From Amoebophrya sp. A120 (taxonomy: Eukaryota > Protista > Dinoflagellata), in the NCBI GenBank assembly GCA_905178155.1, contig CAJINV010000012.1, positions 3,086,802 to 3,150,801 on the forward strand: a DNA stretch of 64,000 bases, in the 5' to 3' direction. A program made the translations under genes and the position numbers. Position 1 is the stretch's first letter. The number at the start of each line of letters is the position of its first letter. This document shows positions 33,601 through 45,830 of this stretch, one piece after another. The notes beneath the pieces are model-generated. The model saw only the letters and a list, made by a program, of their open reading frames with translations. It had not been told where the DNA came from and searched no databases.

Positions 33601-36600
33601 AAAATCCCTGGATGTCTGGAAGAATACAAACTTGTGATGCGCATTTCAGAACACAGAAAAATCTCCAATGCATAGGCAGCAAAAGTTGCCCACTTTCTGT
33701 CACCAATCTGGGGGATTTGTCATGCGGATTCGGCATTGCGAAAGCTTCTCGAAACCTGTGATGCTAGAGCTTCCATGCCAGGCCTTCTGTGTCATGCAGA
33801 AACAGCATGACTCTTGTTCCAGAGCCAGACATTTTTGCAGTTGATAACTGCTTCGGGAAGACGACTGCGTGATTGAGATCGGATCCAACATTGGCAGCTA
33901 CACCGTGGTAATAGCAGATGAGGTGGGCATAAACGGGCTGGTCTACGCCTACGAACCCTTCCGGAAAATCTTTCACATCTTGAACGCCAATGTAGCTTTG
34001 CAGGGATTTGGCAATGTGGTACAGACTTAGTTTATTTGCTGATTTTCTTTCTTTCTCTTTGTCAACGCCTCGTCGTTGGTTCAGAAGCCTTCTAAGCATC
34101 AAGGAGGTGCATGCTGTGCAAGGCAGTGGGTACTAGAACAAGCATGGGACGGACGAGTTATGACGCTGCACAGAAGTAGAAGTAGTAGTGGAGCTAGAGC
34201 TCGCTCGTACAATAAAGTCTGCGTATGTAGTTGACAGCTTTATTATGCTCCACCCTGTTTGACCACTACGCAGGTGACCCGGCAAGTGGGCATGAGCAAC
34301 GTGACGCAATTCGTGCACGTGAATGCCCCGGACCTGAATGACTACATAAATCTCGGTATCCTCTGTAAAAACGTCCCCACCTCCCGAGAGTTGTCATGCA
34401 AATCTGCACACCTACAACGCTTCTCGTGCGCAGTCCCATGAGAAGCGCTTTCTCATGCTGTTTTGGGATTTGTCATGCTCGAATCAGGATGAGGTAGTCG
34501 ATTTGTGATGCGGGGGTTGCGCAACTACCTCAAATAACAGGACTACACTACGAGCCCGAGTTTTCTCATGCGCGACAGCCAAAACTTGTGGATTTGTCTA
34601 GCAGGTTCTGCGTCTTGATTATGGGGTGGAGAAGTTTTTACATAGGATACTCGGCGCGGCTCGGGTGTTCCACCAGCAAAAGGAAGAGGTTATCCCAGAG
34701 TGGAAAGCTAGCATATCAGATTTGTAATGCAAAAACGCATAGTACACACGAAGCCGAAAGCGAAAGCTCATGCTATGCGCGAGACTGTTGAGAATTTGGT
34801 CTTTGTCGTGCATTATTCAACATCCTATTGTTCCGTGCAAATATCAATATGGCATTCTAGCATTTTGCTCTGGGATACAGTTTATCAAATGTAAAAATGT
34901 CTGGGTCTGGAAGAATGAGCGATTTGGCATGCAGCTTTTCCATGACCCATGAGGTCTGGAATGCAGGACCTAGCATGACAGATTCTGTGCGATCTCTCTC
35001 ATGCCTATCCTGCATCAGAAACTCCCTCCCGACTTGGTCAAAACTGGAGAGGGTTGAGAAAAAGGACGCGATTAAAAAGGACCAGGCGGAGATAGACAAA
35101 AACTATACAGAAGCAGAGCAGGAGCAACAGAAAAGGAGAAAAATTGAAAAAGAAGCCGAGCAAGTGAGCCACGAGGACGGACGCAGGGACGCGGGAAAAA
35201 AGCGAGAGCAGGAGGCTCCTAAATTCCCCACAGTCGAGCAATTAATGGCGGACGACGCGATACTGGTGCAGGAGGAAGAGAAACAAAGGGAAAGCGAGAG
35301 AAGAAAACAGGAAGAAATGAAGAGGAGGAGGCAAATGCAGCATGAAACCCCTATGCAGAGAGAATTAGCCCAGATGTATAGAGCTCAGGAAAAAGACAAC
35401 AGTAACAAAAAATGAACGAAGATAGCACGAAACTTTGACCATTGCGCAAATATATAAGAGATTGATGATTGGAAAGCATAGTAGAGGTAGGAAGTAGCCT
35501 CGTACGAGACAGAAAAAAGGAGACCTAAAAATGACAAAGAAGAGTTAGACAGGGGCTCAGGGAGACTAAGGCGGATGCGGGGTGTTCTGGCGGGTGCAGA
35601 GGGAAGAGCGAGGGCAAAAAGCAGAAATTTCTGCAAGAGTGAAAGCAGAGGAACAAGATGGTCGCGCGTGAACCCCGATTCGACCCGTCCTTGTTTCGTA
35701 TCGTCTTCGCCAGCCGATGGGGCACGGCGCTGCTTCTCCTATCGTCTCCGCCAGTTGAAGGCGCTGCTATCCATAACTAACCAAGAAGAAAGGACAAAGG
35801 AACTATATCAAAGAAGTGGCGCCAGGGTTGCTAATTTAAAGACTGCGCTAAGGCAGCACCCCCCTTCCCCAAGGGGTCCCCCCCGGGGCGGGCGCGGTGG
35901 CGGCTCTGCAAATGCGGAGCTCCGCGGGCCGATTCTCTGAAAACGCATAAAAAAGGGCGCGGGAAGCAGATCGGTAAAAAGTGTCCGAAAGAGGCATGCC
36001 GTTGGGTCGTCCGCCATCGTGATAGGATCACCGTGTCTGATCAATAGACCCCCTGTATATTTTTTAGCGCGCAACCGGCCACAGAAGTAAGATCCGAGCA
36101 AGTTTGTAAGACTACCCCATCAAGGCAATACTGGAGCTCCACCTTGCTCGCGGGCTTGGATGGTAAGGCAGGTCAGCCACACATAGCGCCTACTGGTTGC
36201 GGCCATGCGTAAGCAATCGATAGCGGTTTCGCAGGTGCAGCCGGGTGGTAGTTAGGATGTGGACCGGGTCTCCACCTAGGGGTATCGGCAGAGGCTAAAT
36301 CTGTTCTAGCGCCCAGGTATTGGCAGAGGCTAAATCTGTTCTAACGCCCACCCGCCAGGAGTCGAATGGTACTACCACTACTACTGACTTGGTCAAAACT
36401 GGACGACTTTTGGTAATCATGCAACACAGATCCTTGCTTGTTTCAGATTTGGCACGACAAGTTGCATTCTTCCAGACCCAGTCATTTTTGCATTTGATAC
36501 AGTTGGCGCACGTCCACTTCGACGGCAAGGAGGAAATTGAAGTCGAGTCTCTGGATAACCCGTGTAAATAAAACGCCCTCACACGACGACACCCCAGATT

Positions 36601-38638
36601 TGTCATGCAAATTTGCATGATGCACAGGACAGGAGCAGGATGTAGTTTCTCATGCGGAGCTCCTACTGCTGCCCCATGGACGAGGGGGGGACATTGTAGT
36701 TCTTGCCTCGTGTAGTTATTATATCGGGATTTGTCATGCTATCATCAGAGAGATAAGCACGTCGTTTTTGCAATGCGGGTGCCCCCGCCAGGCACAACTG
36801 GTGGAGCAGCGCTGCGACTCCAAGCCTCCCTGTCGTGCGCAATGGGGGGCCTAAGCTTGTTTATTTCTGTACTAGCGAGGAAGTCCCGATATTATACTTG
36901 ACTCTGGGAACGATTTTGTGGGTATCAACTGCAAATATGTCTGGGTCTGGGAGAATGCATGTTTGTCATGCTTGTCTGGCATGACTCTCAAATCTGTCAT
37001 GCACGCTACCCAAGAGCACCGTTTTTCTGTCATGCAGAAACGCAGTTTGTCATGCAGAATAGGCAACACCTGGAAGCTCAAAAATTTTTCATGCTGAGCC
37101 AGCACTTGTGGCCTCCTCTTGATACGCCACCCAGCATCACAAGTTTCCAGACCCAGACATTTTTGCATTTGATAGTGGGGCCGTTCTTGTTACAACCGGG
37201 GATACGTGATAACCTGTGGCACCGGGGCAGCATCAAGTGTGAAAAGCAGACGAAACACGAGTCGCCGTTGAGTTTTGTCAAGATAGACACGGAGGGGATG
37301 GAGTTAGAGGTTGTGCAGGGCGGCCTGGAATTGATACAAACCTATCAACTGCAAAAATGTCTGGGTCTAGAGACTTGTAATGCTGCGTTGGGAATAGTGA
37401 ATGCTCTGTGATGCACAGGCAAGCATGAGAAATGTCTGCGCTTCTTTGTGTTGCGTTTTTCGCATGACAAACTGCGTGTTTGCATGACAGGCAAAAGGGT
37501 CTCTTCTTGGAAACGCATCACAAACTTTTTGGTCATGCCAGACAAGCATGACAAATCTCGCAATCTCGAGATCCAGACATTTTTGCATTTGATAAAACCT
37601 ACTGGCCGCTGATTTACGTCGAGAGCCAGCCATACTTCGCAAACGGCGATACCAGGTAGGAACAGTGAGTACGTGAAATTGGTAGCTCCACTACCACTTG
37701 ATGAAAATAGGTTTCATCCTTGGCCATCATGTCAGAGATACAACAATATACATGAGTAGCGGAGTTGTAGTAAGTTCCCGCAACACATTGCACATGCACG
37801 TCGCAAGATATTACGCACCTCGGCTCTGGTTGTGCCCCTGCGTCCTACTAGCATGAGATGAAAAAATTATATCAGGACTGTTTTTACATTTACCTCTTCA
37901 GGTTTGTCGACTTTATGGCTGAGACGGCGGGCTACGGCTGCAAACCGGTGCAGAACCTAGAAATGCACGAGATCCTCCTCTATCAAGTGCAAAAATGTCT
38001 GGGTCTGGAAGAATGCAAGTTTGTCATGCAGTTTTTCCATGACCCGCGAGGGCTGGAATGCAGGACCTACCATGACAGATTCTGTGCGATCTCTATCGTG
38101 CCTATCCTGCATGAGAGACTCCCTCACGACTTGATCAAAACTGGACGACTTGTGGCAATCATGCAACACAGATTTTTGCATGATTCAGATTTAGCATTAC
38201 AAGTTGCATTTTTCCAGACCCAGACATTTTTGCATTTGATATCCTCTGCGTGCCTAACGAGCGAGCGGAATACTGGAACAATAGGATACGCGAAGATTTT
38301 TATCGAAAGGAAAAATCCCCCCACCCCATATCGAAATGGAAATCTGTGATCCGGGATTTGTGTACACAAATCGGCTTTGTCTTGCAGTAGAGGACTGCAG
38401 ACAGATACAAAGCCGGACTCGGGATGTCTTGGTGTAGGTGCCTAGCAAGGTAGGGGCGTCCTCTGTAGGCCAGACAGCAATACAAATTGCCTGCAGAACG
38501 CGGCGGGGTTTTTTATTTGTTTTCTTGCAATACAAAGACGACTTGTGGCCTCAAATCAGCATCACAAATTTTGAGAAGTGTCCCGTTCTGGTATGGGAAG
38601 GGGGGATTTTTCCTCACAATAATTTTGCGGCGGGGTAA
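30602..38638 (+). CDS. FkbM-family SAM-dependent methyltransferase with hydrophobic N-terminus; 12 introners plus 2 GT-AG introns
   Basis: Spliced motifs DFVVGGFVKHSGVYDAAEE, VIEIGSNIGSYTV, VYAYEPFRKIFHILNANV, FVKIDTEGMELEVVQG, PLIYVE; stop at 38636-38638. Confidence 0.92.
31401..32157. repeat. Tandem array of 8 GC-rich ~96-102-bp hairpin units
   Basis: Unit AGCTGGCCCCTAGGTCATGACGCGGGGACCGAGTCCCCGCGCTGACCTAGGGCTTTTGCCCCTGGGCC...; starts at about 31401, 31497, 31596, 31695, 31791, 31893, 31993, 32089. Confidence 0.95.
32290..32641. repeat. GGGGTGTGT(C/T)-rich repeat within a duplicated ~160-bp block
   Basis: Many GGGGTGTGT units; TGCAAATTGCAAATCACGATGCTACG...AAAGCTTCA occurs twice (about 32416 and 32577). 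Confidence 0.85.
32784..33046. mobile_element. Introner, family A
   Basis: TIR; DR CCTGG. Confidence 0.92.
33090..33439. mobile_element. Introner, family H (short form)
   Basis: TAGGGTTGTGTCAGG...CCTGACACATCCATA; DR TGGGC. Confidence 0.85.
33590..33846. mobile_element. Introner, family A
   Basis: TIR; DR ATTGC/ACTGC. Confidence 0.88.
34357..34649. mobile_element. Introner, family B
   Basis: TIR; DR CTCGG. Confidence 0.88.
34691..34877. mobile_element. Introner, family J (older member of a twin)
   Basis: TIR TATCCCAGAG / CTCTGGGATA; DR GAGGT/CAGTT. Confidence 0.8.
34883..36499. mobile_element. Introner, family A, interrupted by a 1.3-kb insert
   Basis: Halves 34883-35048 and 36386-36499 join to a normal copy like 37981-38241; DR CAGTT. 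Confidence 0.9.
35049..36385 (+). mobile_element. Probable 5'-truncated non-LTR retroposon insert
   Basis: 18-bp DR GACTTGGTCAAAACTGGA (35031-35048, 36386-36403); 3' tail ACTACCACTACTACT; decayed charged ORF. Confidence 0.75.
36556..36896. mobile_element. Degenerate introner, family B-like
   Basis: Relict left TIR; DR CTGGA/CTTGA; frame restored SLDSGNDFVG. Confidence 0.65.
36923..37174. mobile_element. Introner, family A
   Basis: TIR; DR GTGGG. Confidence 0.92.
37343..37594. mobile_element. Introner, family A
   Basis: TIR; DR AAACC. Confidence 0.92.
37981..38241. mobile_element. Introner, family A
   Basis: TIR; DR TCCTC. Confidence 0.92.
38301..38621. mobile_element. Introner, family C
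   Basis: TIR; DR ATTTT. Confidence 0.92.
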
Positions 38639-39233
38639 CTACCAGGGTCGTCGCTTCCGCTTGGAAAAAACAGCGCGAATGTGTTTCCTATCGTTACTAC
38701 TAGGAGCTGCAACTACATGGCGTAAAGGTAACTGGCATATGCAGCATGGCAGATATCCTCGAGCAAGGAAGCCGCGTGCTTTTTTGTCACCGATGTTCCT
38801 GACTTCACGGCGTGTTTGTCTTGAGAATACAGAACAAGCTGAATTCTATAATGGAAACCACACTGATGGAAGATTGAGGAAGCAGACCTCTTTTCGCGAC
38901 GAAGTAGAACATACGAGGATACTAGTGTAGGAGTGAAACCATGAACACGACGAGGATGATCATGCCTGGACGGCTTAAAGTTTGCATGATCTTCACAGAT
39001 AAGGCCGCAATGCAGATGCAATCATTTCTCAAAAAGACGACCAACAGCGTGCTGGGGTAAGTATTTTTTCCCCTGAAGAAACCGTCGGAATTGTGTTCGA
39101 GTTCTGCTTAATTAATGCCGTACCAAGGTCGTCAGGACGTGCAGCAAGAAGTTGCAGCCTGACTGGTTTGAAGACCATCTCCTTCCGCCAGGCTAGCGCT
39201 CTCGGGCCGAGGAGTTCAAGAACTGGAAACGCC

Positions 39234-39360
39234 TATCCTGTGCAAAAGTGCCGCAGTCGTTTAGCGTGAGAAATAAAGTATATAGTGCTGATGTCCCTTA
39301 CGAAAAAGATTTGTAACGCATGATCGCAATTATACGGGTGCGATGCTCTTGCACAGGATA
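39234..39360. mobile_element. Family E-like element outside any recognised CDS
   Basis: TATCCTGTGCAA...TTGCACAGGATA; DR ACGCC. Confidence 0.85.
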
Positions 39361-40995
39361 ACGCCGCCGCAGTGACAATGTGCATCGTGGGGCGATAGAT
39401 CGGACGAGGATCAGTTGTAGCTCTCGCGTAACTCTAGGCTGCAGCTGGCTGCCGCTTCGTTTTGCTTTCTTTCAGAATGCCAAGAGCTTGAACTCTCACG
39501 ACAGAAACTTTTGCGCAGGAAAATAAAGCCTTTACATTGCAAGAAAATAGCAACTTTACATTACAAGATGGACCTACTTCACCAAAAAAATAGAGCGTTG
39601 ACGTGACAGACGAACTTTTTTGCTTTCAAACTTCCAAACTCACACAGCGATCAGCAAAGAAGCAGAGGAATAGTTTTTCTTTTCATACTAGTTGAGAAAC
39701 TCCAGGCTTCCCGTTCACTAAATCCCGTCCACTAAAAAACAAAACGTATCGGAGGTACTGTAGCATCAGTACTAAGGGCGTTGCAGCGACGAGGTAGCCA
39801 CATTTGCAGAGCAGGCCCAAACGTGCCCGCTCCTTTTTTCAGCGGGGCAAGGTGTTGAGACTCTCGGCAGCGGACTTGTATTGCAGCGGAGCGCGGGGTC
39901 TCTGGCTACCAGGCACCCTGAACTAGGCTGGCAACTAGGAGCCCTCTTGCCACAGAGCTGAGCAGTTGGAGGGGGCCGGAGGCTGTATCTACCAGGTGAA
40001 CGCAGCCCCCTTTGGGGGCCGGTAGCTCGGAAGCCTTCATGCTTTGGCAGCCTATATCTTTCCACCAGGTGCGTCATGCAGTCGCCTTCTACTGGGTAGG
40101 CACAGCCTAGGCACCGCCTCCTTCTACCAGGTATGGTAACTGCAGCTTCCTTTTACCAGGTGCATGCAGCTTCCTTGGGGAGCCGGCATCTACCAGGTAG
40201 ATACAGCCTCCTGGGGGGCCTGTAGCTAGGGGGCCTTCTGTGGGAGCTTGGGAGCTCTGCTTCTACCGGGTAGATACAGCCCGCGCTAGGGTGGAGCAGG
40301 GTAGCGCTGTTGGCCTTGTCCCCAGCGAATTCGCTCCCGTTGTTGGCGATTTACCAAGGTCGTCAGGTCGTGCAGCAGGAAGTTGCTTGAAATTGAGCAC
40401 TCTTATCGGGCGTCAAACTTGAAGATAAAAGTGTCAACAAACGCGGCCTTGCGCCCCAACGAGCGCAAAGAACGACGAGAAAAGAAAAGCCAACATATTT
40501 GGATACAGTGAGTACAACCGCGATGAAAGAATCAAAGTCTTTTAATCTTTTATCAAGTTATTTGGAACAACTTTTAGTACAACTACAACTACTTGATGCG
40601 TTATACCATCAGGATCCCCTTTTCCGCCAATTTGTTGATGTTTTGAAAATCACAGAAAATTAATACGTCTTATCTCCCGCTGAATTAGAAGACACTTCTA
40701 AGTATACGTGAAGATACGACGAGACGACGGCACTGGTTTCATTGACGAAGTTGTAGATAATTTCTAAAGATGCCCCCGCCTCCTGCTACCGTGAGTGCTG
40801 CTTCTTCTGCCTGAGGACGAGGACAAGGGAAGGAAACCGAGTGTATTTCATACACCCCTGATCAAAACTACAACTACGACTTCTACCCCCGACAGCGAAT
40901 AAAGCCGGCTTCTTGCTGCCGTTAAGGAAGCAGCTCCGCACGGGCTTCATCCGGTAGAGCAGCAAACTTCTTTGACACAGACACCAGGGAACCAA

Positions 40996-41301
40996 TACGC
41001 ATCACGAAAGTTGTCCCTTGATGTCTGGAATAAGCTTGTGACGCTGAAGATAAGTACCTGGATAATTGCAAAGTGGCTGGCCGCCGTACGGCACAGCAGC
41101 TGCATGAGAAGTTTTGCGACGCTTGCTGCCGATTCATTCGTAAAAGAACTACGCATGGCTGCAATAAAGAAACTACCATATAATCGATCCAGCATGACAA
41201 AGAGGCTAGCCGCTCCGGTACTTCACGCATCACAGTTCTTGTGGTCCTTCAAATATTGCACCACAAATCCAGACGTCCAGGGAAGATATTTGCCATGCAT
41301 A
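40996..41301. mobile_element. Degenerate family A element just upstream of the ubiquilin ATG (probable 5' UTR intron)
   Basis: Relict GATGTCTGGAA / TCCAGACGTCCAGGG..ATTTGCCATGCATA ends; DR decayed. Confidence 0.6.
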
Positions 41302-41322
41302 CACCACATCACGACGAAAACG

Positions 41323-44300
41323 ATGCCGGTCTCCGTGTCTTTTAAAGTGTCGGGTGGGGATATCAAAATGAAAAATCCCCCATCCCCGTTTCAAAAGGAA
41401 ATTTCTGATGCTGGATTTGTGTACACAAATCCGCGCTGTCTTGCTGGAAAGCACTGAAGGCCCATGCCAAGCGTGAGTAGCGAGGTTTTCGCATAGGCAC
41501 TTAGCATGACAAACATCCGCGCTGTAGGGCCAACAGCATGACAATCCGCCTGCACAATGCGGCGGAGCCTGCGGAGTTGCCTTCTTGCAAGACCGACACG
41601 ATTTGTGGCCACAAATCAGCATCACAAAGTTCCAAAAATATACCTTTTCAGTATGGGGAGGGGGGATTTTTCCTTTTGATAGGGGAAGCCTTTTCCCTGG
41701 ACCTCGAGCTCGAAACGACGGTGGAAGCGGTAATGTTTTTTCGTGTGTAGTAGTTCTGCATGACAATCCTTGACATTCTAGCACATTCTGCATGACAATG
41801 CATTTATTATCAGCGCCAAACATATCACTACAGGTGAAGCAGCAGTGCTCCGAGAAGACTTCAATAGCAGCGAGCGGCATGAAGCTCATCTACAAGGGAA
41901 GAATACTCAAAGACAAGGACACGCTGAAAGACCATTCCGTCGAAAACGGGCACACCATGCACATCGTCAAGGGCGCGAGTGCGGCGAGCCCAGCGCCAGC
42001 GGCAACAGTAACCACCACTACAACGACGACTTCAACTGCACCCGCGGCAAATGCCAGTCCGCCGGCGGCAGCACCGCCAAATCCGCTAGCGGCGGGACTC
42101 GGGGGCGCGGCCGGGGCGCCGGGAATGGGCGCCGGGGGTATGGACCCGATGATGATGCAGCAGATGATGAGCATGATGGTACTGATATTAGCTCTGCATG
42201 GCCAGCCGGATTTTCACCACGATAATATATAAACTGCTTTGCGTGTTTGATCAAGAACAAGTTGCCACCTTGTACAAAGACTTATGGTAGAACGACAACG
42301 AGAACGAGTACATGACTCTTCATATGATCATCTTCACACTAGAACAATAAATTCCTCAGGGCGGCGGCGGACAGGGGGGCGCCTTTCCTCCGATGGGCGG
42401 CGCGGCTGGCGGCGCGGCGGCACCAGGTATCAAATGCAAATATGTCTGGGTCTGGAAGAGTGAAACTTGTGATGCTGATTTTGGATCCTACAAAAATCTG
42501 TATTGCATGAGCAGCAAGACCACGAGTCAGTTCTTAACACGCGGATAGGGCATTTCTCCTGCGTAATTAGCATCAAGAAGCTCTCAAAAAATCTGTGATG
42601 CTAGCAGCAGCATCACAGACCTCACGGGTCATGCAAAATGTGCATGACAAGCCGCGACTCTTCTAGACCCAGACATAATTGCAATCCATACCAGGCGGAA
42701 TGCCCGGAATGGGCGGGCCCGCGGGGATGCCGGGCATGAATCCCGAAATGATCCAACAGATGATGTCAAACCCCATGGTGCAGTATGCATATACAAACTT
42801 GTCACCGGGTCGTCTGGAAGATGATTGCAAGACTTGTCATGCAGGATTTCCATGTTGTTGTTGCCCGATCCATTTGGTCTGGCACACACAACCAAGCATG
42901 AAACATTAGTCGGCGAGATCCCTACTATCATGCCTCTCCTGCGTCTGCGTGAGAAACTGTCCGCAAAAATGTTGGACATCAAGAAATAAAGTCGTGAACA
43001 ACTTGTGGTAAGAACAATCTCGCAACACTGATTTTTGATGCACGATACTACAGAAGTAAAGTTTTAGCATGATAAGTCGCAACGTGTCTTGTTCCAGACA
43101 GAGATGACGTCTTTGCTTTGCATACAAAGCAGAGCATGCAGTATCAAATGCAAAAAGGTCTGGGTCTGGGAGATTGCGAGATTTGTCATGCTTGTCTGGC
43201 ATGACTCTGAACTCTGTGTTGCATGGCCGCGAAGAGCTCCTCCTCCCTGTCATGCAAAAACGCAGCTTCTCATGCGGAGTACGCAACTCAGAGCCATGGA
43301 AAAAACTTGTCATGCTTGGCAGCGCATTATAGTGAGTTCACTATTCCCTTTCTTGCATCACAAGTTTCCAGACCCAGACATTTTTGCAGTTGATATGCAG
43401 CAGCTGATGCAGAACCCGGAGATGCTGCAGCAGATGATAAATTCGAACCCCATGCTGCAGCAGATGATGCAGCGGGATCCAATGGTGGGGCAGATGATGC
43501 AGAATCCCGCCATGATGCAGTCCATGATGCAGATGATGTCCAATCTATCAAAGTGAAAAAAGCCCCCGCCCCATATCGGAAACGGAAGATGCGCGAATTT
43601 GTGATGCTGTATTTGAGTACACAAATCGACTTGTATTGCTAGAAGGCCAAGAAACGAAGCTGCGGCCTAAGTTGCAGGTAATCTGTCATGCTGTTTCCCA
43701 CTTGTCTAGTTGCCTCCTGTCATGCTGGAGACGCATAGGTTTATTCCCACGCTAGGCAGCACTACAGTCCGCATCTTTTGCCTTCTAGCATCACAAACCT
43801 GATTTGTGAGCACAAATCTGCATCACAGATTTCCGTTTTGATATGGGGAGGGGGCATTTTTCATTGTAATACAATCCGCAAATGATGCAGCAGGTGATGC
43901 AGCTCCAGCAGGCCATGGGTGGCGCGCAGGGCGGCGCGGGCCTGGCCGGCCTGGGTGCCGGCGGCATGCCCGCATTAGGCGGCGCGGCCGCGGCGGTGCC
44001 ACCCGCAAGCGGCGGCGGTGTAGCGCCCGGAGCAGGGGGTGCAGCGGCACCAGGTATATAGTTCTTGTTTTCTCGTCGAAAACGAAAAGCAAAACTGTAT
44101 GACTTCGTTCGTGATTCCATTTACATGTGACGAGCGAAGGCTGATCGGCTGCCTCATGCAAGAACCAACACGAAAAATTTTCTGATTGAGCATGTGCATC
44201 CGTTCATCTTTATGCTTTTTTCTACGTATTGGGCAAACAAAAACTAACCTAACCAGGCGGAGCGCCACCACCTAACATGGCCGCGCTGATGCAAATGTTG

Positions 44301-44718
44301 GGAGGAGCAGGAGGTACTAGTACCATTACTGTCCAATACATCGATGATAGTTTCTTGGTAGATGAAGGTGATCGCGTCGACATCTCTACACCCTCTCTCG
44401 ATGCGGTAGTTGTTTCAACTATCTTGAGCAAGTTTTTCATCCGTGTTTCATCCGGGTACTTGTCATGATCGTGAAGGAGGAGGTCGTGTCCAGAAATTCA
44501 AGAAATTGTCTCGAAAATAAATGACCTTAGGTGGCATGCCCGGCGCTGGCGGTGCGCCCGCAGCACCGGCGGATAACCGGCCACCAGAGGAAAGGTTCAC
44601 GTCCCAGTTGGAGCAACTGGCAAATATGGGCTTCACGGATCGCCCATCCAACATCCAAGCATTGGTGCAGGCCAATGGCGACGTGAATCAGGCAATTAAC
44701 TTTTTGCTGGGCGGCTGA
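41323..44718 (+). CDS. DSK2: Ubiquilin/Dsk2 (UBL-STI1-UBA proteasome shuttle)
   Basis: UBL MPVSVSFKVSGGEAF...KLIYKGRILKDKDTL; STI1 repeats MMSNPMVQ, LMQNPEML; UBA PEERFTSQLEQLANMGFTDRPSNIQALVQANGDVNQAINFLLGG. Confidence 0.95.
41361..41681. mobile_element. Introner, family C
   Basis: TIR; DR GGGGA. Confidence 0.92.
42428..42690. mobile_element. Introner, family A
   Basis: TIR; DR CCAGG. Confidence 0.92.
42784..43124. mobile_element. Degenerate introner, family A
   Basis: Relict TIR; DR TGCAG/CAAAG. Confidence 0.7.
43142..43395. mobile_element. Introner, family A
   Basis: TIR; DR TGCAG. Confidence 0.92.
43546..43871. mobile_element. Introner, family C subfamily
   Basis: TIR; DR CAATC; close inverted copy at 58054-58374. 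Confidence 0.92.
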
Positions 44719-45830
44719 CCTGGTTGTGGTTTTATTCTGCTTTTTTTGTCACAAAAAGTTTGATGATACTAGTGGTTCTGTCTACGATGTTTTCTTGTCA
44801 AACCTGCCCAGCACCTTCTTTACAAGCGAAACTCGCAAGACTTCCGCTCCCCTCTCCTGCGTGTCAAGGTCAACACAATTTTTTACCCACGACCTCAAAA
44901 TGTGACGAGCAACTTTTTTTTTGCGCCCAGCAGTGTGACTGTGCACGCTGGCGCTCGTCGAATGTATCAGGAGGTACGGTGGAGGCAGCGAATTTTTAAG
45001 TTTTATTTCAACCCGTTTTACTACAACTGAATACCCGCCGCCCTTTTCTCAATTTGAATTTTTTTCTCAAGAAACAGGCCCAGTGGCAGAAAGCCAAAGT
45101 CAAAGAAGTGATTTAGTCAAGCTAGCACGACCTCCTTGAAGATGAACGAATAAATTGCAATTACAGGAGCCTCGCTGAAGATTGATTACCCAAAAAGTAC
45201 GTCTACGTGTGAAGATTGTTTGTAGAAAAAGCCAAGAATAAAACAACATCAACTGGCAAATAGCTAATGGCAATGTCAGGGCGGCGGCACTGTCGGAGGT
45301 ACGCCTTCTAGGAACCGGTTTGATGTTGAACAAGATTTCGGAGATAAAATGACGAATATTTTCAGAAATTACCGTTTATCGATCGCCACACGTCGTCGCT
45401 ATCGGCCGGATGATTGAAATTTGGCTTCTTTTGTAGTTGTGTCGTGCTAGTGCCAGTACCGCTGTTCGTTTTGGTTGTGTGCGTGGCTTACTACAGCGGC
45501 GTACGAAGGGGCACATGTACTTACTCTGCCACCGAGAGTGGAGTGATGTTGAGTCAGAGTGAAGTTGTACTAGAGCCTGCAGATGAGTGTAGTCTGTCCT
45601 TATTTCGAAGTTCTCGTGGTTCCACCAGTGCCTCTAAGGAAGGTAGTAAGTTGTCGCGTTGCAGCTCTGAACTTGAAGGTCTTGATCTGATAAATTGGTT
45701 TCATCTTCCTCGACTACTACTCATGTACTTGTCAACCTCACTTTTCGGTTTTCACTACAACGACGTGTAGGAAGTTATGTGAAGCGAAAGCTTCATCTGC
45801 GAGGAGGGAACACAACATCAACCAATTAAT

